Shown: positions 1 to 8,909 of the stretch, in pieces
Position numbering within the stretch: position 1 is the stretch's first letter
How the letters are laid out: each line of letters begins with the position of its first letter
NCBI GenBank assembly: GCA_002269645.1
Contig: NIVC01003826.1
Location: 1 to 64,000 of the forward strand
Direction: 5' to 3'
From: Macrostomum lignano
Taxonomy: Eukaryota
DNA: 64,000 nucleotides
Made by a program: the position numbers and the translations under genes
The notes under the pieces: model-generated
What the model was told of the DNA's origin: nothing
The model's database searches: none
Seen by the model: the letters and a program-made list of their open reading frames with translations, nothing else

Positions 1-1
1 A

Positions 2-135
2 AGTAGTAGGGGAAATGTGGACTCTGCCGCAGGAATTTCCGTGGGAAAACCACGGGCCTATGTGTGTAAACATAGCGCCTATGTAAATGCATTGGTGGAC
101 TCTGCCGCAGGGAAAGCCATGGAAATTCCATGGGG
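2..135 (+). repeat. Left terminal inverted repeat of Polinton 1
   Basis: Reverse complement of 16062-16196 with only a few differences; contains GTGGACTCTGCCGCAGG twice. Confidence 0.95.
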
Positions 136-199
136 CCTTAGTGAGAGAACATAGGCCTATGTTTTTCTATTGCTGTATGTCTGCTGCAGTGGTTTAGTC

Positions 200-207
200 T
201 ATATAAG
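200..207 (+). promoter_or_regulatory. Candidate TATA box for the leftmost Polinton gene
   Basis: TATATAAG about 80 bp upstream of the ATG at 281. Confidence 0.4.
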
Positions 208-280
208 GACCAAAAAATCTCTTTGATTCATGAAAAATCGATTTTTTTTCGACGAGATTTTTTCTGTTAGATTTTAAGTC

Positions 281-1044
281 ATGGACATCGGCGAAGGATA
301 TAAACTCCAAATACAGGAGTATGAAGGAGTTATGTTCATTGCTATCAGAAAATTTTACCGACATGGCAGCACTGCGAGTTTGAAACCTGGAGTCCCGGCT
401 TCAATTTGAACATCCGTCAGTGGGAGAAGCTCAAGGAGTTGAAGCGATCGCTTGTCAAGGCGGCCTTGGACAAACAGCCAAAGGTTGTCAAACTCGGCTT
501 CGATAAGTTCATCGAAGTGAAAAACGGCATTATCTGGTTAAAGCGATTGCCGGAGGACTGCTGCGACGAGTTTCTTAAGCGGAACACCGTGCCGCTGACA
601 CCGCCGCTGTGGCGAAAGCTGTGGCAGTACGCGGATTGGATCGACGAGCAGCTATCGGCTCCACGTGAGATTTCCGATGCATACGAGCTGGAGTCGGGAT
701 CTTCCTCCGACAGCATCGAAAATGAAGACGATGCTGGCGAAAACGCGGAAGAGACCAAGCCGGTAGTGAAGGCGGAGGACGATGCTGCTGCTGCTGCTGG
801 CGAGGCTGGCATGCCATCCAATCTGCAAATCGACACAGCGTTTGCCACTTCAACGCCTCTGCAACTGACCAAGCCTGCAGCTGGAGCGATTCCTCGGCAG
901 GACACTGATCTGCAAGAGGACCCAGTCTGGTACCAGTTCCGAGCTCAAGCAGCCGCCGCTGAGAACGCCAGGAAACGCAAGCAGCCGCCATTCGCTCTGC
1001 GCAGATTGGATGCCATGAAGCTGCCCAGGCCGTGCTTCGACTGA
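281..1044 (+). CDS. PC4/Sub1-like ssDNA-binding/coactivator protein, probably two tandem PC4 domains plus an acidic tail; one frameshift near 390
   Basis: ATG 281 reads MDIGEGYKLQIQEYEGVMFIAIRKFY...LKPG. After a frameshift it continues SPGFNLNIRQWEKLKEL, matching the PC4 pattern IDIR.Y...KPG..GISL...QW..L. A second similar unit is LGFDKFIEVKNGIIWLKR...VPLTPPLWRKL. Confidence 0.7.
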
Positions 1045-1297
1045 TTGCAGACCCTCTGACATTGAGACAAACTCTGTGCTACGAGCTATTTATCCAGACC
1101 TGCTTTCCATCTCTTTGTTTGAAAAAAAATATATGCTTGCTTTCACATGCGCTATGCATTTTCAATGTCTTAAGAAAACCTAAAAAAAAAATGTTTCTTT
1201 GTTTCCGAAAATGGAAAAAATTTATTTCAACCAAATCAGCCTGCGAGCTATTGCAGTTCTTCAAAACTGCAACCTGAACTGCGAAAAAGAGGCGAGC

Positions 1298-2272
1298 ATA
1301 TTGGAGTCAAGAGCATTGAGCAGTGGCTAAGTCAGCAGCCAGTACACACTCTGCATAAGCCAGCTAGAGTACGATTTCCAAGGGCGCCAATAATAGTGAG
1401 CCATTGATGATCAGTGGGAGATGGATCTGGTGGAAATGATTCCATTTGCAAAGTATAATCGCGGGCATAAATACATTCTCACCTGCATTGATGTTTTGTC
1501 TAAATTTGCAATGGCCAGAGCACTGAAGTCTAAGAGCGCGGCAGAAGTGAAATCTGCGTTTGAGAGCATGCTGAAGAGCTCAAAGCGGCAGCCGCGCACT
1601 GTCCGCACAGATCAGGGAAAGGAGTTTGTCAACGCAATTTTTCGCCAGTTCTGCATAGACCGGGGGATTCTGGCGTTTCCAACTAGCAGTGAGCACAAAG
1701 CAGCCATAATTGAAAGATGGAATCGAACTTTAAAAAGCAAGATGTGGCGTTACTTTACTCACAACAGCACTCTACAATGGCTTGATGTGCTGCCTAAACT
1801 GGTCAAGTCCTATAACAATACTTTCCACAGAAGCATCAAGACTACACCAATGAATGTCAGCAAAGCAAACGAGACTGAAGTGTGGATGAACCTTTATGAT
1901 GGGAAAGCGATTGAGACAGTTGAGAAACTGAGAAAACCGAAGTTCTGTGAAAACCAATCAGTGCGGATTTCCAATGCACCCAGACTCTTCAGGAAGGGAT
2001 ACAAGGCGAACTGGAGCGAAGAGGTGTACACCATAGTGTTAGGGCACCAAAGCATTATCCCTACATGTACAGGATTCGAGACATGAAGGGGGAAGACATA
2101 GAGGCCTCTTCCACGAGCATGAGCTGCAAGCTGTTCCGGACTCGCAGCGGCTGTATGTAATCGAGAAGGTTCTGAAGACTGAGAAGCGGAAGGGAAGATC
2201 CGATATCTCGTCAAGTGGGCCGGCTACAAGTCCACTGACTGGGTGGATGAGAAGGACTTAAGAAAAGTGTAA
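1298..2272 (+). CDS. Polinton retroviral-like (rve) integrase with C-terminal chromodomain; frameshifted; 5' boundary approximate
   Basis: WLSQQPVHTLHKPARVRFPR upstream, DDE core (WEMDLVEM, RTDQGKEF, IIERWNRTLK). After frameshifts: YVIEKVLK...YLVKWAGYKSTDWVDEKDL, a chromodomain signature. Confidence 0.9.
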
Positions 2273-2302
2273 GATACCGACATTGTGCAGCCATTCCCAA
2301 CT

Positions 2303-3108
2303 ATGAGAAGCATCATCATTTGTAGCGAAAATGCTGAAGGTACTCCTAGTGACTTTCATTTTCACCTGCCTTCACTATTTACTTGGATCGAAATGTGGAC
2401 TATGAGGCAGGTCTGGCTGAAATCCATCTGCCTGCTGCATGGTTCAATGTTGACGAGCCTTACTGCTTCACTGTCTCAGATGGAAGAGAGCATGAGGCCC
2501 TGGTTCTTCAACCCGGACGCTTTGCTAGAGTGGAGGAACTGGTGAGCGCCTGAATGAGCTGCTGGCCAACTCTGAGTCACTGTTCTTCGATGCAATGAGC
2601 GAAAGGGAGTCTGAAATGGAAGCTGATGAGTCCGGTTTAATGGGGCGAGCAGCGCTAGAGATATTGGCATAAAGTTTGAAATCCAAGAGTTGAGAACGTA
2701 GTGCTCAACAACACGGCTCGAGCAGAATTGTTCCTTCCATCAAGTAAAATTCTGCAGTGGCTGGGATTCGGAAACCAGCCTGTGAAGATCCCACCCGGAC
2801 GGCAAGTGTCACTCTGCTGCATCGGTTGTCCGCCCACCAACCTGATCAACTTGCACTGCAGCATTGTGGAGCGAACAAACTGTAACTGGAACTCCGTGCT
2901 GCGAACTGTGAGCATGTCATCCGATGTCGAATGGGGCAGCTACATGAGCAAAGTGTTTAAGAAAGCAATTTTCTTCCCGATTCAGAAAGCTAATTTTCTA
3001 CATGGCATTAGATTTCAACTGCGTGACATCTTTGGCTACTCACTGACTGCTCGGAGCAGCAGCCCTGTTCTGCTCACAGTTCATATTCGGGAAAGGCTAA
3101 TACAATGA
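2303..3108 (+). CDS. Minor capsid (penton-like, PX) protein; frameshifted
   Basis: Joined frames give SDFHFHLPS..YLDRNVDYEAGLAEIHLPAAWFNV...IRFQLRDIFG...VLLTVHIR, the Polinton penton pattern F...LP..L.L...YEVGL.EI..P..W.N. It lies between INT and the major capsid gene. Confidence 0.72.
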
Positions 3109-3513
3109 ACTACCAACAGCTGATTCGTCAGTATTCAGGGACTCTGGCAGGAAGCCAAAAGCCGGCGCTCTATGGCTGTGGGAGTTTTCCAGGAATCATG
3201 ACTTACCAGCCTCCTCCAGAAGCTTCCACAAAGTCAATATCGCTATCAAAGCCAGGATACCACCGCCAGCGGTAGCAGCAGCAACAGCAGAAGCAATAGA
3301 AACAGACCAAAGCAGCGACTAGTCAAACAGGGCAGTAAGAAGCAGACAAAAAAGAAGAAAAAGAGTAAGACGGAGAAATCACCGAAAAGAAGCCAGTCAG
3401 GGCGAAATAAACCTAAGAAAGGGAGGTCTAAAACTCAAAGCAAGAAAACAGGCAAAGGAAAGCAAAAAGTGAGCAAAAAGACTGTGAAACGTGTTCTGGA
3501 CTCGCTCTCATAG
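3105..3513 (+). CDS. Small, very basic putative core/DNA-packaging protein; frameshifted
   Basis: The ATG overlaps the upstream stop. N-terminus MNYQQLIRQY...LYGCG; C-terminal frame KKQTKKKKKSKTEKSPKRSQSGRNKPKKGRSK...LDSLS* ends 2 nt before the MCP ATG. Confidence 0.5.
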
Positions 3514-3515
3514 CA

Positions 3516-4795
3516 ATGGCTTACGGATTCAACCCGAGACTCGATTTGTTCAAGTCCCCCATGCTGCAGACTGCCATTGAAAAATCCACATATGTTGATA
3601 TTCACCCCGTGAACTCTATTGCTACTAACTCACCTATTGAATTCGACTGTCATCCATCGGCTGATGAGTACACTGATCTGCTGAGCTCATTCCTGTATAT
3701 TCGCTGTCGCCTAGTCCGGCTTGGCGGGGCTTTGATGAGGGAGGAGGTTCGAAATGCCGATGGAGTTGTCACTGAGCGCAGAGACAGTGGGGTGCACCCA
3801 GAAAACTTTGTCCTGTCTACGGCATTCTCAGATGTAATCGTGAGCATCAACCAGCGCATTGTATCAGGTGGAGACCAGCTCTACCCCTACCATGCCTACC
3901 TAAAAGCTCTCATGAGCTCATCCGATGCTCAGCAGTTAAAGTTCTACCCCGCCGGATTCCTGGAACCCGAAACTGCTGCTGAGGGGCATGCCGAGAGACA
4001 CAGGGAGTCCCGCTGGGTGGAGTATGCGGGACCACTGCTCAGCGACATTTTCCAGTGTCCTGTTCTGCTGCTGAACAATTTACACCTGCACATCAAGCTG
4101 ATGCCCAGCGATACTGCATTCGCCATCGAACCCCAGATGAGAACAACACAGCCTACCGAATGGAAATCTCCCACTGCATTCTGAACCTGCGCCGAGTCAA
4201 AGTGGCGCCTCACATCAGCCTGGCGCATGAACAGGGACTGACCAATCAGAACGCACTCTACCCCATCGAGCGAACCGAAATGCAAAACTTTATTCTACCC
4301 CAGGGAATTCAGTCAAAAAATTGAAGGATTCACCCATGGCAAACTGCCGAAGTTCGTTATGCTGGTCTTCGTGAACCACCGAGCCTTCAATGGCCATCAC
4401 CATTCCAGCCCCTTCGAGTTCCAGAGCTTCAACCTCAGCCAGCTAGCACTAAAGAAAGGTGGTGAAGCCATGTGCCACGCTGCATTTGCACCTGAGAATA
4501 ATTCATTCGTGAGAGAGTACTTGCACTACCTGAAAAGCTGTCAGTCAGCCAGCCCTACAACTCGGTTCCGTGGGTCCCCTACCAGTTGTTCTCCAACGGC
4601 AACACAGCTTTCGCATTCGATCTCACGCCTGAGGGAGCGGCCCTGTGGTACGGACAGAAGGAGGGCAATTTGCGGCTGGAGATTCGCTTCCGACAGGCCC
4701 TGGAGGAGCCTGTATCTCTGATTGTTATGTGCCTGTATGACTCACTGATTGAGGTCACCAAGCACAGGGAGATTCTGCTAGATTTTCCATCCTAG
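3516..4795 (+). CDS. Major capsid protein (double jelly-roll, PY); split by several frameshifts
   Basis: LDLFKSPMLQTAIEKSTYVDIHP...PIEF...YTDLLSSFLYIRCRL, then ALYPIERTEMQNF, PFEFQSFNL, and FAFDLTP...GNLRLEIRF...LIVMCLYDSLIEV: typical Polinton MCP motifs. Confidence 0.88.
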
Positions 4796-4818
4796 GAGTA
4801 CGCTGGCGCAACGCTAAT

Positions 4819-5316
4819 ATGGATGCTTTTCAACTGCTTAAACTGGCTAAAAGCTTTTTGCCACAAAATAACTGTTTAATTATTGTCTTGAATTCAATAA
4901 ATAAAACATCTTATGCTTTAAACTTTATTCAGCGAGCAACTCTCAAAAGAAATTTATCTCGATGTAAGTTTATTTTCTTTCTGCTTCAGTACAGCTCATC
5001 CTTCGGTCACTGGGTGGTTTGTTATGCTGATAAGGAGAATTCCATAGAACTCTTTAACTCTCTGGGCTGGGACTCCAGCACTTTAGAGATCATTCACAGA
5101 GCACTGAAATCCTTTTGGTATTCTCCATTCTACTTACGTAGCAATGTGAATCGAATTCAGAGCTGTGACTCTGCTAAATGCGGTTTGTTCTGTCTCTTGT
5201 TTGCCTATCAAAAGTTTCGTTTCAAGCGCTCGTTTGAGTGGGTTCTGCGGCACCTCCATGCAAATCAGCAGAGCCACTTGAATGAAAGAATCTGCAAAGG
5301 TTTGAGAGTTGCTTAA
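4819..5316 (+). CDS. Adenain-like cysteine protease (PRO)
   Basis: Intact ORF with GHWVV (His), ELFNSLG and IQSCDSAKCGLFCLLF (Gln/Cys). Confidence 0.9.
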   Translation: MDAFQLLKLAKSFLPQNNCLIIVLNSINKTSYALNFIQRATLKRNLSRCKFIFFLLQYSSSFGHWVVCYADKENSIELFNSLGWDSSTLEIIHRALKSFWYSPFYLRSNVNRIQSCDSAKCGLFCLLFAYQKFRFKRSFEWVLRHLHANQQSHLNERICKGLRVA

Positions 5317-5369
5317 GAAAAAAGAAATTTAATTAGACTTTTAAAATCAAGGATTTAGCTCAACAGGCG

Positions 5370-6023
5370 ATGGAAACACGTGAGCGGATAAACTGTTATG
5401 ATGTGCGCCTGCGACAGGGAAGCTGCATGATTGTCAGCGGGCCTACAAATGCAGGAAAGACAACCTTCGTGAAACATCTGATACAATACAAGGATGTCCT
5501 GTTTGATGTGAAGCCTGGGAGAGTTCTGTGGTACTACGGGATTTCACAAGCAGCACACTCTGAGCTCAGCAGTCTCGGCGTGCACCTGCAGCAGGGATTT
5601 CCCAGCAGTATCGAGACCGCACTGAGACCCAATGACCTGGTTGTATTTGATGACCTGATTGAAGAAACTTCCAATTCTGCTGCAATGCGAAATGTTTTCA
5701 CTGGAATTGCCCATCATTTGCCCTGCTTTCTGGTTATGCTCACCCAAAATGTATTTTTTAAAGGGAAGGAGTTGCGAACAATGAGTCTGAATGCGATGTA
5801 CTTTGTGATCATGAAGAACCCCAGAGACCAGCTGCAGATTGCAGCGCTGGGCAGGCAGTGCTTTGCTGAGAAGCCCGGCTTTCTGCTGTCAGTGTTCAAG
5901 CACGTGACATCGCACGGCAGGGGAGCCTACCTGCTCCTGGATTTTCACCCTTCCACCCCTGATGAGCTGCGGGTCCGGGCTCGAATCCTGCCCAATCAGC
6001 GACCCCACCTGGTTTACACTTAA
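5370..6023 (+). CDS. A32/FtsK-like genome packaging ATPase
   Basis: Walker A GPTNAGKTT, Walker B VVFDDL, LTQNVF, SLNAMYFVIMKNPRD. Confidence 0.93.
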   Translation: METRERINCYDVRLRQGSCMIVSGPTNAGKTTFVKHLIQYKDVLFDVKPGRVLWYYGISQAAHSELSSLGVHLQQGFPSSIETALRPNDLVVFDDLIEETSNSAAMRNVFTGIAHHLPCFLVMLTQNVFFKGKELRTMSLNAMYFVIMKNPRDQLQIAALGRQCFAEKPGFLLSVFKHVTSHGRGAYLLLDFHPSTPDELRVRARILPNQRPHLVYT

Positions 6024-6040
6024 GAATAACAGCCGAGATT

Positions 6041-6388
6041 TTGCCATTTGTTCTATATTCTGCAACACTAATGATAATGGAAACCTTTGACTCACATGAA
6101 AGTTTGTTTGATGTTCTCGCGTCACCGAAATATTCCATCAGCTTTAAACGTCTGTTGATCAGAGCGGGTCCAAAAGCCGTACGTGAATTTCTCATTGAGG
6201 CCTGCTACAACCTATTGCAAAACACTCTGTCGTTCTCACTCACTCAAAAGGCAGCGCTGGTGAAGCAAAAGCAAATAATCCGCAAAATTTCTACACATAG
6301 AAGAACTGCGGATCTGCTAAATACGGGTTTTATCAAAATTCTCTACATTCTAATAAAGCTAGTGAAGAAAAAGAAGCAAAATGAATAA
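6041..6388 (+). CDS. Conserved Polinton protein (PW-like)
   Basis: LIEACYNLLQNTLSF...KAALVKQKQIIRKI resembles the conserved small ORF (ECALNIL.GN...L...K..IR.L) found next to the ATPase in Polintons. Confidence 0.55.
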   Translation: MPFVLYSATLMIMETFDSHESLFDVLASPKYSISFKRLLIRAGPKAVREFLIEACYNLLQNTLSFSLTQKAALVKQKQIIRKISTHRRTADLLNTGFIKILYILIKLVKKKKQNE

Positions 6389-7102
6389 GTTCTCAGAAAT
6401 GGTTCTGATCCCCAAGTCAGAGTACGACATGCTCACACAGAATTTGAAGCCAGTCGAGTCTGAAATGGACACTGCTGTGAGATATGCGCAGAGGAAATGC
6501 AATGATATTTTGCTTGCCGAGGATTGCCCAGACGATGTGAAAGCTGCCATGTACCATGATGCGATGAAGAGTTTGCTGGCAAGCGCAAGCGGACTGGAAA
6601 GGATGGTGCGGTACCTGCGAGTGATGCAAAGATGCTGAAAACAGATATTGCACCAAGCAGCTGGGGGGAAAAGATCACCCAATCCGTGCCGCAGAAGTTT
6701 AAAGCGAGAGCCCGCAGTCTATGGGCCATCCTATCTGGCAATCCCTCTCTGATTCAGGTGTCCGAAAATGGCGAGGCGCAAATTTCTGGGAAGACAATAC
6801 CCTCCTCAAACATCCTGGATTTGTTTCACAGTGCGGTGAGGGATTCGAAATGTGCCAGCGAGCCGGTAGGCTGGAGTGAGTTTGTCTCATTGCTTCAAGA
6901 CAAAAAGCTTAACATCCCAGCTTCGGCTATAGGAAAGTCAGTAAGGCAGCTAATTTCTAAACCGGCTGTTTCTCCAGAGGCCACCCCTGCACATCATACA
7001 GTTAAGGGATTCGGGAGTGGGAGAGCCTGGCTACACCTGAGCAGGAAAAAAAACTATTTAAGAAGGGGAACTGAGTCGGCTTCCCGACATCTTGCGTCTT
7101 GA
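6381..7102 (+). CDS. Conserved Polinton protein (PZ-like); frameshift near 6620 joins two ORFs
   Basis: KFKARARSLW...ENGEAQISGKTIPSSNILDL...PVGWSEFVSLL...NIPASAIG matches the PZ pattern GE......I..SNI.DL...P.G...F...L...N.P. Confidence 0.65.
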
Positions 7103-7114
7103 AACCATCCGATC

Positions 7115-7560
7115 ATGAACTATATTGACTTCCAAGGCTTCCCACGCGAGAGATCGAGCAGAGATTTCGTTGTGAAGGAGCTGGCCATTGCCCAAGTCCG
7201 GGCTGGCAGTTACCATATCACTCATCACGTGTACGCCTCTCCGTTCTCATGGGACAGAATCTCACCTGAGATGCAAGTACATTACAGAAAGCTCTCAAAG
7301 AATTTGCATCATTTCAAGTGGACAGATGGATCCGACCGTACATGCATTTGGCTAATGACATTCTAAACATTGCTTACGGTCCCACCTGGACAAGCGGGGT
7401 GAAAAAGTCCATCTTTCTGACTGAGCTGCTTGGCAGACAGGTGTACAACCTAGAGGATCTGGGATCACCTTTGATTCAAGCATCTGATACTGGTTGTGCA
7501 GTGAAAAATGTATTACTGTACTACAACTGGCTGAAACCGAAGTTCTGTATCAACTTAAGA
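7115..7560 (+). CDS. DEDD/DnaQ-like exonuclease-fold protein; frameshifted; 3' end approximate
   Basis: YIDFQGF...FVVKELAI (ExoI-like D-x-x-G-F...KE), then VYNLEDLGSP...CAVKNVLLYYNWL in the next frame. Confidence 0.5.
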
Positions 7561-7627
7561 AGCGAGGTGTGCCCGCACCACTCAAAAGCTCGCAAAGACA
7601 GCACCACTGACAGAAAGGACTCTCTAA

Positions 7628-8191
7628 ATGAGTACACCTGCGACAGCCCTGCGAGTGACCAATCTGGTCGGCGGCGTGGATCTGAGACTTGCTGGAGACA
7701 GGGGTGCCCAGTTGCCTCTGCGGGAACTGGCTCTCAGCATGGCTCATGTCATCTATCGCCCCGTCTGGCCCCGAGTGCTTATCAAGAGGATGCGGAGTCC
7801 CAGAGTGACTCTATTGCTCTATCCGACTGGACAACTGAGTATCTGTGGCGCCCGGAGCTACTCGGCCTCAGTCAGGGCCGCTCGTCGCTTCGTGGCTATG
7901 CTGCATCGCAGAGTGCCTGCTCAACTGCTGCCTCATCAAACTGTGCATGTGCGGATTAAAACTATTACTGCGCATGGGAAAATTGACTTGTGCAGAGCAC
8001 TTCCCCTCGCTAATCTTGTGAACACTTTACCAAATGCTCAATATGAGCCAGAATCATTTTCTGCTTTAATCTGCAAACTAAGCTTCTGCAAATGCCTGCT
8101 TTTTCACAATGGCTCATTCGTTCTCAGTGGTGCAAAAACAATGAGCATGCTAATTTCCGACTTTTCCTTGCTTGTCCGTTTTCTGTGCTAA
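7628..8191 (+). CDS. TATA-binding protein (TBP)-like protein, two-repeat core only
   Basis: Intact 187 aa. Repeat 1: LRVTNLVGGVDL...YRPVWPRVLIKRMRSPRVTLLLYPTGQLSICGARS. Repeat 2: VRIKTIT...YEPESFSALICKL..CKCLLFHNGSFVLSGAKT. Both follow TBP motifs I.N.V / Y.PE.FPGL / LIF.SGK.V.TGAK. Confidence 0.82.
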   Translation: MSTPATALRVTNLVGGVDLRLAGDRGAQLPLRELALSMAHVIYRPVWPRVLIKRMRSPRVTLLLYPTGQLSICGARSYSASVRAARRFVAMLHRRVPAQLLPHQTVHVRIKTITAHGKIDLCRALPLANLVNTLPNAQYEPESFSALICKLSFCKCLLFHNGSFVLSGAKTMSMLISDFSLLVRFLC

Positions 8192-8909
8192 TAATAACCA
8201 TATGTTTCAACAATTAAATAAAAAGACGACAGCTGAACAAAAATATAATAATCTTGCATGCATATACCACGTATTAAGATGCGTGCATTTTAATCAATAT
8301 ACCTGAAAATCAGACTTCGATCGACTTTTTCTTTATTTTCATAACTGAAATCGCAATATTAGTTTGAGTATAGAAAATTTAATCAGACCACAACCAACTC
8401 AAGAAAAAAAAGCACACCCATCACTCAGATTATGCACTGCTAAGACAAATAAAAACGAACAAGAACTAGCAGAAATGAAAAAGGAAGCCAATATTTTTCA
8501 GATAATCATTGGATAATGGTTACAAAAAATATGAGTAGCAAAGCTAGCAAAGATAAAAAAGGACAGTAACTCAGTTCATTCAATTGTGCAAAAATTCAAG
8601 GATAATAAAAAAGAGGAAAGCCAGACCAATATGCCGCAAATTATTCCAACATGGCTTTCACAAGTTCGTATTGAAATAAATCTGGAACAACTCAACTCGA
8701 AAATGTTACGTTCAGTTAGTTGCTTAGAGACTACAAATATGTAACTAACTGAATTGGCTCTATTCGTTCCAGCATTGTCATTATCATCATCATCCATCAT
8801 TATCATCATCATCATCATTCAGATTAATTAAACCACTGAAACAATTCATGGAGTACATAAGTAAAAGTCAATAAATTTCAACGCCAAGGTTACACAGATG
8901 TGCAAAGCA

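Noticed and set aside
7560-7959. Long C-terminal extension of ORF 7318-7959
   Set aside because: Overlaps the TBP-like ORF in another frame with no motif; probably read-through after a lost stop.
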